The position numbers and the translations under genes are program-made. The notes under the pieces are model-generated. The model was not told the DNA's origin and did not search any database. It saw only the letters and a list, made by a program, of their open reading frames with translations. A stretch of DNA of 64,000 nucleotides from assembly GCA_000708835.1 (NCBI GenBank), contig DF237145.1, positions 69,468-133,467 on the forward strand. Direction: 5' to 3'. Numbering within the stretch: the stretch's first letter is position 1; every line of letters starts with the position of its first letter. The stretch comes from Klebsormidium nitens (taxonomy: Eukaryota; Plantae; Klebsormidiophyceae). This document shows positions 47,620 to 59,300 of the stretch, piece after piece.

Positions 47620-50600
47620 GTGTATACTCTGGGCGCTTTGGTCTCGCTCCAGCTCCTGGACGCGGCCGCGTATGAGGACGAGGCATACGCTATGGAGGTC
47701 GTCGAGGGGCACGTGCCGACCGATCTGGACGGCGTCCTGTACAGAAACGTACGTTCGAGATATCCGCACCTCAAATCATCCAGTTTGTCGGAGAGAGCGA
47801 ATTCAAAACTAGGGAAAGATCTGTCTACCTACGGAAAGATCTGTCTACCGATCGCTTCAGCGAAATGATCTCGACACTCTCCGTAGTAGCGCCGGCCGAA
47901 CCCTGCTCAACAACCGCGCCTCTTGATAAGAGCTGCGAATCCGACTTAGGCGTCTGGCTCTCCGAGGTATTGAAGCTTATCTTCTGCGTTCGTTCTCTGT
48001 CACGCTCGACAAGAATAAGATATGGAATATGTCAAGGTAAATTAACATGTTGGTTGAGGGCCTTGTGAGGACCAGACCAGAATTCTTTAACCTTTTCGCT
48101 GCAGGGCCCCGCCTCCTTGAAAGGAGTGGGCGGTTGGCCCCTGAACAACCCGGTAGACGGGGACGGCTGTATCGCCGCGTTTTCCTTCTCCCGAGGTAAA
48201 GTGTACCTGCGGAAACGGGTCGTGCGCACGTCCGCATTCGAGCGGGAGAAGGCGACCGGGAAGTCGAGCTCCAGGGGGGCATTTGGCACTGTGAAAGACG
48301 GGGGGTATTTGGCAAATCTGCTGGACCTGCGTGTGAAGAACGCCGCCAACGTGAGTTATATCAAGTGAAGCGTCGTCACAAGTCTGCGCGGATGAAGGTA
48401 GACCATCTCTTCTTTCTTCTGGACGCGCATGGAAGGTAAACGTTATGATGAAAACAAGTAGGGTGCAAAAATGTTAACTTTCTACCGGGGCGCGCAGGCA
48501 AAGTAGAGGGGTTACTCCGTTCTTGAGCAGTCTACGAAAGCTAGCGTGGACGGAAATGGTAGAATCGACCTAGCAAAAGAAACCTTCGTTCCTTTCGAAA
48601 GCAAAGTCTGCCGGAACTCCACTTCAAACCGTGGAGTTAGAGGAGAACAAACGTAAGCTCTCAAGCTACACAAGTTGACATCTCTAATCTTTCACTTGCA
48701 GACCAACGTAGTGTTCTGGGGCGGTCGGCTGCTCGCGCTCTGGGAGGCGGGGTTACCACACGAGTTAGACCCCGAAACCCTCGAAACCCGGGGAGTAACC
48801 GACCTTAACGGCGCGCTAACCAGTGTGATGTACCCCGTGTTGAGATGGGTGGACCCGCCGTTCCAGCCCGCGTTTGCGGCGCACCCACGGATCGATCCGG
48901 TGAAGAAAAGGTGGGAACTCCGTCCCTGTGTTTGCAAGTTTGTTTTGACGTTCCTCGGTCAAGGAAAAACCCTGCCAAATTTTTCACATTCTTGCCTTGG
49001 GGACCGTTCATGAGCTGGCAGGTGTCTCTTTTGGCTTCGCTTCGCGGATCGTTCGGTGCCCGGATGAGTGCGTTCTCTCCACCTTTTGACTGCGAAAACG
49101 AATCAGTTGATTCGCTACATTTATTATTACATCGGAATCTAGACAAGTTTTTGTATTCTCTAGCCTCCGATTCATCTTTGCTTAAGCTTCCAGCAGACGG
49201 GGATAAGCTGCAAGCGGATCGAGACCTTCAATGAAAATTTCTAACAGCATTTTGAAAAAACATCTCAATCGAATAAAACAGAGAGTCATCAATCTATAAG
49301 CGCTTTAGGTCAACCATATCTATTTTGTGCCTTCTGAACTGTTTACGGCTGTATCGCTCAAATTGTGACGTATCGGCCCCACAGGTTCGTCAGCTTTGGC
49401 GCAACCACCTTCCCTCACGCTTTGCACGACCGAATGCGCGTGACGTGCTATGAGTGGGACGCCGACTGGCGGCTGGTGTTCACGCGCTCCGTGTGGGCCC
49501 CATTCACACTGCTGCACGACTTCTGCATCACGCCCAACTACTACGTTTTCCTGTACACCCCCGGGAAGATGGACCTGCCGAAGTGAGTGGCGCAAGTGTG
49601 GGTTCCGTACAGTGGGTTTGAAAACGCTGGAATACTAGAGGCGTTCAGGCTTTGAGGATCAGAGGGATTTAGCGTCAGGCGTGAGAGGCGTGGAGAGGAA
49701 GAAGCCGAAATGAGGGCTGATTTTTGGGAGAAGAAGTATACGATCCGGATGATCTCCTCTGGTCAGGAAGCGTTTCCGCGGTCAAGGAGTCTTTCCATTC
49801 TCCTCTTTGACCAGTCGCTTTGCTCATACCCCTAGGCTTTCCGAAGACTCGTGAAATCATTCTCAGCGCACTCTTATTCGGCGCCCTCTTCAAACTCGGC
49901 GCCCTTACTGCACGTCAACCTCCTTAGATCTTTCAGTCTTATCACAGATTCATACTCGACCCGAAAGCTGGCATTGCGGGCGCGGTCAAATTTAGCAACA
50001 CGGCGGGGGGGGAGATCATGCTGGTCTCGCGGCATCACCCGACGGCGCCCCCCCAAACGTTCAAAACGGCGCCGCTTTCCGCGCTGCACCACGCGAACGC
50101 GTTCGAGGACGGGCTGGGGAACGTGGTGCTGGACACGCTCAAATACATGGTGAGCTCTCGAGCGTTGACGTCACTTCGGACGAAACAGAGGTCTTGGGTG
50201 AGATTTACCGAGATGACGTCACTTCTGACTTCACACAGGTCGTGGTAAGGTCTCCAGGAATAAATCACTTCTGAAGTCACACAGGTCGTCTTGCGCGGGC
50301 AAAAAGTGTACGAGGCACAAGCTGGAGGGGTAGCTCCTTGCATTCGAACCATGCAGTTTGTTTCGATCAGAGTATCTGACCTTGGTGAGTCGAGGTATGC
50401 CCCGCTTTCCTGACGTCACAAAATGCCGTACGAAACGCTGAAGCCGAACCGTTCAATGGCGCGCGCGGCGGATCTCTATGCATCATTCTTGCAAAGCAGC
50501 CAGCGCCCCCAATTCAAACCTGTTCTCGTACGATCTTTTGTCAACCGATTCGGCTTCTCATGACGTCACGGTGACGTGGGCAGGATTTCCTCCCCTCGCA

Positions 50601-51921
50601 GAGGATCCCGATGCAGTACTTGCGGACTACGTCGGCCGACTCCGCCGCTTATCCCCCTCTTGAGTTTCTGCCGGCGTCGAATGTGGTCCGGTTGCGGCTA
50701 GACCTAAATACCAAGCAGACGACGATCGAAACGCTCGACAAGCGGAACGGCGAGTTTGCCGCGATCCACCCGGAGCGGGTTGGCTACAGTGCTCGGTTCA
50801 TTTACACCGCGTCATGTCAGGTAAGCGCCTCTTCATTTTGCCTAAGGACATCGGATGCAAACCCCCGGTTGACGGTTCGGGTTTTGATTGGCTTGCGGCA
50901 GAATTGCCGGCTGAACGGTTTTCAGGCTTTCAGAGCTTGCAACAAAGCTCTCAAGGAACCCAAAAAAACCTAAGACTGATCTTTAGAGCAGCTTAGTGCG
51001 GGCCTTGAAAGGACAGCAGGCGTGCGAATGTATTAGCTTCTTGCCCATCGTACGGGTGGAAAAGTTGTAATTGGGTTACCGCTCCCAGGCTTTGAACCGT
51101 ACTTTCTATGCAACTTGCTGAAGCTGGTTCAGCTTCTTCCAACCTGCTGCCCACGTCACGGAGACGTCACGGAGACGTCACGGAGCTTTACGGGTCTCTT
51201 GCATCGTTTCCCAAAGTGCTCATTCTAGTTGTCCGCCCACAGGTTCCGGAAGGGGGCGCGCTTTTCGACGCGCTCAGAAAGGTCGACACCAGCGGGAAGA
51301 CCCCCCCGCAAATCTGGGGGGAGTCGCCGACCGTGTATGTGGGGGAGCCCGTCTTCGTGCCACGTGGCGGGCAAAGAGTGGGCGCGCCGTTTGAAGAAGA
51401 TGCGGGCTGGGTGCTCATTCTACTATACGATACTAGATCGTTGACGACGGACCTTGCTGTGTTTGACGCCAAGGTAAGGCAGTCCGTTAATTTGAGCGCC
51501 TTTGATGGAATTATACGCCGATGCTACCAATCTCGTAGTTGCGTTGCGTTTCGCAAGTCAAATGGTTCCCTCCCTTTACCTGACGTCCAACTTGTTTTAT
51601 GTTTTTCAGTGCTTCACTGCTGCGCTTCCAAAGCGGAAATGGAGAAAAAGTTTCTTGGAAAGTACGTCGACCAATTTTGCCGTCTACCTTTGATAACGTA
51701 GTGAGCGAATTCTGATGAGCAGGGCCAGTAACCGGCCTACAATATGATTTCGGCGTTTTGAAGTTTTGTAAAAACGGCAGCTGGCTGATCCGACTTTGCA
51801 GGACATAACGAAAGGACCCGTCGCCCGGTTGAGGTGCCGCCACAACATGGCGTACGGTCTGCACGGCACGTGGGCCGCCCGGGAAGACTTGAACCGGGGT
51901 AGAGGTGCCTTTTCCGGGTGA
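47620..51921 (+). CDS. Carotenoid cleavage dioxygenase (RPE65 family), cyanobacterial ACO-like; no own start exon or transit peptide found
   Basis: Exons 47620-47748 (VEGHVPTDLDGVLYRN), 48105-48351 (GPA...NPVDGDG...KNAAN), 48702-48910 (TNVVFWGGRLLALWEAGLPHELDPETLET...FAAHP), 49385-49581 (LLHDF), ~49949-50148 (LHHANAFE), ~50586-50820, 51243-51473 (GEPVFVP...EDAGW) and 51801-51921 (YGLHG...TGA). All four iron-ligating His residues are present. Confidence 0.9.
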
Positions 51922-53350
51922 CTGGAGTCTCGCCCGGCGGAATGACCCAACCACTCCATCTGTAATGCTACGACCCGCAATGATCAGCTACAATACGTAC
52001 CAGATTGAGCTGGGTTCAGAGCCGACCACAATAGAATCCGGAAACTATCAGGATGAATTTGTTTGATCGACTTCTTCTGCTTGATTAGATGCGCTGAGCT
52101 TCGAAGGGTGTGCTTTGCTTTTCCAATTGTGCTACAGTAGATTCGGCGGCTGCCGAAGCCTACGGCTAGGCTAACCTTAGGTTTGCAGCTTGGAGGCAAA
52201 TAATTAGGAGCTGATAAAGTGTCTTCCTTATAGCGCTTGATGAACCTAGAGCACTTGATTGACTGTGGCACCTCATTGTGACTGCAAGGGGACACGTCGC
52301 GTAACTTAGAGTTGTGTTCCACGTAAAGAGAGCTTACTGCTTGAATTTGCTCGCTAGTGGCGGCTTGAATTCAGCAGCTTAGCGCATTTGCTCTTACGTT
52401 GATAAGACATAGAAGGTTTGGATAAGTTGCTGATCGGGCAGAAAAATTCTCAGTCATGTATAATAAAAACGGTTGACGGACACCGGACGTTCCACTTTGG
52501 TATGGCCGCCGAACACTTGTGATGCTGTTAGTTATGGTTTGCCTGCTTCTTACTTTCGTGCAAATCGCTCCGACGATCACGTGGATCCCCATTTGCAGAA
52601 TATTATGCGATCCGATCCGCACTGGCAAAGGATTAGCTCTAGACAACACCGTAGTGCCATTCAGTGCTGTCAGACACACAAGGCTCTTGGCCTATCCTCA
52701 TGATGATGAGGAAGTGGAACTAGGAACATTCTATCTGCCAGGGTCTGCACATGTCACTTTCATCTAATGACAGGGGATATGGAACCTGTCCTTTCCGGGA
52801 TTGGCTGCGCGTTTCTATGCATATACTCTTACTTATATTGACCTGGACCACATTGATGGGCTACGTAAGGAAGATTGAGTAACTCAAATCGAATTTGCTC
52901 TGAAGATCCTCAATTGTGCACTGCGTGTGATGCAACTGCGCAATGATTGTCATCACATCGGCCTGAAGAAGCTCACGAAGACGTGCCATTGAGCTGAACA
53001 CTTCACGTAGTCATAGTCGTGGCTGCCATACCATGCGTGCCGTGCAGAATGCTCTATATCCTGACTCTCAGCTGCAGTGCATGCAAGATAAGCGCAGTGA
53101 TCAAATTGCTAGCGTCTGCCATCATCTCAGAATGTGCTAACGCGTGATCTTTCTTAGTCTCATACGACCTACTCGGGTGCAATACACCTTCATTTTCTAT
53201 CAGGCTTAGCACATCAAATATCAACGTTCAAGTGAGCTTGCCTGCAACGATTTCCCCTATCCTCAGTGCGTGCGACTACGTGATCAGAACATCTCCAGTT
53301 GGCCTATCCCTATGCTATAAGCAAGATGTGAAGCTTCCCTCGTCTGATAT

Positions 53351-56300
53351 CTAGAAAACAGAGGCAAATGTGCCAGCTGCGGCTAAAACAACCATGGTTA
53401 CAACAGCAGGGAAGGTGTGGCTAGCGCCGGCCTTCTTCGGGGGGGGAGGAGGGGTCAGGACGGAGGGTGGGGGCGGGGGAGAGCGAGGGGTGCTGGGCAT
53501 TGGGGGAGGGCTCTTTCCGAAGGTGCTGTTACCCGAGAACGGGTTGTCGTCTGGGGTGTCAGAGTCGGGGCACGAATCTAGGTTCTCGCAGCTGAATGAG
53601 TTGCCATCGTACCTGCGTCCGGGAAGGGGGCGCTTTTTAACACTCGGATCTAACCACATCGGTTCAGAGCCTAGCATGCATCAAGAAGTCAATTGGACAG
53701 GGGTGCGGAATCTGACAAACAGAGGAAGTCTGCTTGGCTTTTTGCAGTAATTGACGATGGTGCAGGCACTCACCAGAAGAAGAAGTCATCCGCATGCTCA
53801 ACGGCGTGATCGATCAAACAGCTCGAGATGTTGCCTGCAGGAAGGAGGAAATAGTTGCAGAAAAGCTACTTTCGAGGCAGTCTGTATTTAGCACCTTCGG
53901 ATCTTCTCAAGGACACGCTGGAAACAATAGAACATTGAAAACTCTCGCCGATACTCGCCTGCTCATGAACGGGACAACGAGCGTATAATAATTCAAGATT
54001 CTGTCTACCCTTCAGGTCCCCACCTGCCTCGATGGGGTTTTGAAGTAGCTAGAAAGCTGGTCTCGGCTGACAAGAATCCTTTTCAAGATCCAATGAGAAA
54101 ACGAGTTACGTACCAGCAAGCTGATTGTTGGAGATGTCGAGCGCGATCAGGGTGTCCAGGAGATTGCACAGGGCAGCGGGCACAGCCCCAGTGAATTTGT
54201 TGTAACCCAAGCCGCTGAAAGAGAATAGTAGACTGCTTAGTCACAAAAGCGATGGCAAGATGGCGGTGGAGCTTGCGGTCGATTGAAAAATATAAGCTGC
54301 GCACATCGCGTGGCAGCCTGCAAGAAATTCGGCACCAGACGTTGAAAACTTGCAAAAGCCTTGAGAACCAGCCTAGCGCAAAGATAGTGCCTCAAGCCGC
54401 AAACCACTCTTTTGATCAGATTGCAGGCATAACCATCGTTTTTATCCCTGAGTGTTTTACTCCCGAAGAGCATGATGTTTTTAGATGGTGCAAGGAGGTC
54501 GGATTACTGACAGCAGTTGGATGGAAGTCCAGTTGCCAAGCGCGTCGGGCAGCGTCCCCGTCAGCTCGTTGTTCTCGAGGTTGAGGAAGGTCAGTTCGAG
54601 GGTGGTCAGGCACAAAGGGAAGGGACCCGTGAACGCGTTGTCGGAGAAGTCTCTGCACCAAGGTTGATTCAACTCTTTCACTCATCCAAGTTTGGACGTG
54701 CGAGAAGTTGGTTTATGTGTCTCATTCGACGGAATTTGCGCAAGGTACTCCAGTGCTCAATCATTGGGCTGCTGAATGCTTCCGACGGCGACAGGTGGCG
54801 TCCCTGCACCTGACGTATCTTTTCTGTCGGGGCTCATCTCCATGATTTTTCGCTACAAGTTTTGTAAACTCGGGTCTCAGAGATGAGTCCCATGCCTCTG
54901 CTTACGATCCCTCTCTTTCAAGATTCACCGAAGCCATAGGTTCGCGCACGCTGCGCTGAAACGAAAGTGAAGTCCGCAAGGGAAGTCTAAGACTCTGGAG
55001 ACAGTAAGGCAGAAGTTGTCAAGGAAGAGCTTTGTACGAGTGAATGATATACTTACAGCTGCGCCAGCGTCGTTGAGCCGTTGCAATTTGTGGGTAGCGG
55101 CCCCTCTAGCTTGTTGGTGTGCACGGTCCTGCAATGAATGGTTGACATGAGGTCAGGTTTTTACATCGTACATTTTCCTTTCTTGATTCTTAGATGCTGT
55201 GTCTGTTCAGTTACAGTGGCGGACATGCCTTGCACCTTGAAAATCACGTCTTACCCTTTCCCTCGACGACTGATAAGGCCTAGAACTCACATCTTGTGGG
55301 CGTCTTTGGTTCGAACCATCCAACATAGTGTCCCGTTCTGATCATTCCAATCACAAGAGTTCTAGCAGGGTTGTATGTCCTTGTCGTTCTAGGCAGGTAC
55401 TCAAGAATGCTGGTCAACTCACACAGACTTCAGTGCAGGTGCTTGGAAGATTGCCAGGGGAAGAGAGCCGGTGAAACCATTCTCGGAGAGGTATAGGTCC
55501 TCGAGGCTCGTCATGTTCTTGATCCACTCCGGGATAGGGCCGGAGAAGTCGTTCACTTGCACAAACCTGCAGCAGTTGCGGAAGAAGTTTGCTGAGAGCC
55601 CTGGTCTCTTTGATAAGGCAAGCAGATCAAAAGAAGCGACCTCAAGATTGAGATTGGGTTTGCTGTATCCAAGTGTTATCACGGACTTTTACAATCAAAG
55701 ATAAAATGAGGAGAAGCGGAGGCATCCTAATGGTGGTTCAACTTTTTGAAAGCAATAGCGGTAATCCTAATCACCCACGTAAGATTAGATGTGTTAGATT
55801 CAAAAGCTTCAGCCAATTCGTCATACTGCTGCGTCATTGCATTGCGAAGTATTCCGGCCTGATCAGATTAGCCGCCGCTGCTCTGATCTCTTTTCCGAAT
55901 ATTGGATTACAGAACTTTGTTGGGTTCCAGTGCTTAGCATATAAAGATAGGTTGCTTACATCTGTTCGAGTTTCTTGAGCTTGGCGAGGGAGTCGGGCAG
56001 CGCGCCGGTGAATCTGTTGCCGGAGATGTCGAAGAACTCCAGATTGGATAGCTGGCCGAGTTGGGCCGGGAGCACTCCACCGAGCTTGTTGTTGGACAGG
56101 TCCAGATACTGGAGCGTGGTGAGGTTTCCCAATGTTGCGGGAATGCCGATCGGGTTGGTCGTGTTCAGGTTGCCGAACTCGTCGGTCGCTCCCAAGGAGT
56201 TGCCGTTCAGGTCGAGGCGGACGATGTTGGTGAACTTGCTGAAGTCGGGAATGGCGCCGTAAAGCAGGTTGTTCTGCATTTGACTGGGAAAGGAGAGCAA

Positions 56301-59300
56301 ATGTTACTCCCAATTCATCTCTTCGGGATGCTTGCAATGCCACCGTGATTGAAAGGGGTTTCACAGCAAATTGATGCAGGTGACTTGCAGTAGCCAAAGT
56401 CCGCAACGCTAGCGAAACAATGCAGGGTTGCGCGGCCTTACAGTGCAGCAAGTCTCATTCTTGAAGCCGATGAATGGAATCTGAAGGCTCCCTTCAAGCT
56501 GTGGATGTCTGTAGTAGCTACCCATGACTTACTTGGAAATGCAGCGAATCTTTTCCACAAAGCTTTGTTATCCTGGGAAGGAGATCGGCCGTTCGAAGGT
56601 GAGCAGAGGTGAAGTCAAACAGGAGCACATGAGGGCACTTGGAAAAAGCGAACGTTCGTGCGAACTCACAGCTTGTTCATCTTGGGACCCAGGTTCGCGA
56701 TGGACTGGGGGATGGGGCCGCTCAGCTGGTTCAGTTGAAGCTCGCTGCAGAGAGAGAGATTGATGAAGTTCGGTCAGAAGTGGGTTCCGGCCTCGACAGG
56801 CTCGCAGAGGCATTCTCTCACAGAGCTCATGAACTGACTCGTTCAAGGTGCGCTTCACTCAGAAACGAGTGGGTACGTTGAGGAGTCTGCAGTACAAGGA
56901 ATATATACTCGTGTGAAGCAAACCAAGGGCAGCTTCCTCAGTCAGGTTGCTCACAGGACCTCGATCGGCAGAGATTGTGATATACAAGAGTGGCACTTGG
57001 GTCATAAGCGCCATTCGCTCCTCCTCGCTTGATCGCACTGCAGGGTCTGAGGAAATACGAAAACCACCAGGCCAAGTAAGAAGCGTGGATTGCTAGGAAT
57101 GATGACTCACATGTCAGTGAGCGCGGCCATGTTGCCAATTTCGGGGGGAATGGCGCCGGTCAGCCGGTTGGTCTGGACCCAGCTGCGTCAGACAAGGCAG
57201 GCACGGTGATTCAGGAAAACAATAACGTGAAGAGGCGACTCGTTGATTCCACAGACTGCTGTGCCACGAAGCTGATCCAACTGGTGGCAGAACAGGAAAG
57301 GATCAAAGGGAAGTGTCCAGAGACCCAGAAAAGCCTCTTCGATTCTTGATAGAACAATCCACAAATCGTACAAATCGTTCAGAGTCTCGTGTGGAACGGG
57401 TGTTCCGCTACTCACAAGATGGAGAGCTTAGGCATGGTCGTAATCTCGACGGGGATGGATCCACTTAGAGCGTTGTTGTTGAGGTTCAGCGTGTTCAGGT
57501 TCTTCAGATTTGCCAGCTCGACAGGAATGTTTCCCTGAAGCTCGTTGTCCCAGATCTTCCTGCGCTCGCAACGTAGAAAGATCACCGTCAGCCTACGGAA
57601 AATAACGAACCAAAGAGGAACATGCAACACCTGGCTGAAGGTAAACGTGGCTTCAATGAGGAGATAACGTGGCGAGTGCTTCTCGGGAAAAGCATTGCTG
57701 TATTCATAATGCTTTGGGACATGCAGGCGGGAACCTCACAAAGTCTGCAGATTTGTTAGGCTCCCGAGCTGAGGCGGGATGTTGCCACTCCAGTCGTTGG
57801 TCGAAAGGTCCCTGAATATAAAGAGAGAAGGGATTCTTGTCAGCATCTTCAAAAGGTAGATTCATTGCACCTTAAACCCTTCCCAGAAATTATACGCTTT
57901 CACACAGGCATCACCAATTGGCAAGCTGAAATGAAAGAGCTCCGAAGAATCCAATGCAGGATCATTTGCATTTTTGGAGGATTAGTAGTTTTGCTGAGAA
58001 ACTTACAGCTGCACCAGGCTAGACTTCAAAGCAGCAAGCTTGGGATTGATGCACCAGGTCTCCCCTCCATGGCCGGGGTACGCGATGAGGTCAGCCGACG
58101 TGGGAGTCGCACAGGTCGTCAAGCCGTTCCCATTCAGGTCACTGTCTCCCAGCTTGTTGTTGTCCAACAACCTGCAACCAAGCAGTAGACTCGCTTTTAG
58201 GAGCGAAACAAGCACTTACTTTTATCATCCCTTTACATACGTATTTTTCCAAACGTTCTAGTACATATCCTGCAAGCGGAAGAAGACGATTGGAATGCGT
58301 AAAGAGCAGAGGCTGGGACTTACAGACTCTGAAGCTTCGGGATCTGCGTGATGGAGTCTGGCACTCCTCCGTAGAGCTTGCAGAAGGACATGGACCTGCA
58401 ACGCCGTTCGAGCCGTCAGCTATGGAAGTATGTGTTTGCCAGTGTCTTGATCCCCTTTTTGCATTTTCCAATGCAAAAGCCCAACTGATAAGATGTCAAT
58501 AAGACGTATCAAAGACGATGGATACGTGTCTAGCCTTGCTGATATCCAAGAAGCTTCAACCTTAAAACAGACAACGGGAATTTGAGCCCACTCACAAGTC
58601 GGTCAGAGCGGTGAAAGTGCCGTCCAACCAGGAAGGTATCGTTGAGGCGAGAGGGTTGTTGTTCAAGGTCCTGCAGATGGTTCACGACGGTCATTGATTA
58701 GGCAGTACAACTCCATGTCCTGCATTCTGTTCTCAAATCGATCCGCTTTGAAGTTTCGTGCCACTTTGCACGTCAGAAAGGAGTATTTATCCCATGCATG
58801 CAAGGAAAATGAGAAGCTCGAAGCCGTCAGCGGAGACTAGAATCAAGAACGGGGGGGCTTACAGGACTTTGAGCTTCTTCAGAGCCTTCAGCTCTTGAGC
58901 GACGCCACTGAACTGGTTGTTGGCCACGTTAAGCTCCGTCAGAGTGGCTGACAAGGAAGCCAAAGACTTCGGCACAGTGCCGCTGAAAGCATTGATGTCC
59001 AAAGCCCTGCAAAGAAGACCAACGACATGTAAACAGCCGGGCAGCTAAGTGAAAGAAAACAGGCTTCTATGTGGTGCAGTCCTGCAAGAAACTCTGAAGC
59101 TAAGATACTCTGTTATGCTGTTGATGTCGTTTCACACCCATCCTCAAACGAAAGGCCATATTGTCGATCACAGGACGTCCTCAGGAATGATATCGCTACC
59201 CATGCTAAGACTGTGAAGAAAAAAAGACATTGCTAAGTCCGAAGGCTTACAGGCTCTGCAGCTTGACGAGGCCGCTGAAGTCGTAGCTGGTCAGGTCTCC

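Noticed and set aside
52519-52767. Short ORF with a hydrophobic N-terminus (possible secreted peptide)
   Set aside because: No recognisable motif, splice structure or cysteine pattern. It is indistinguishable from a chance ORF.
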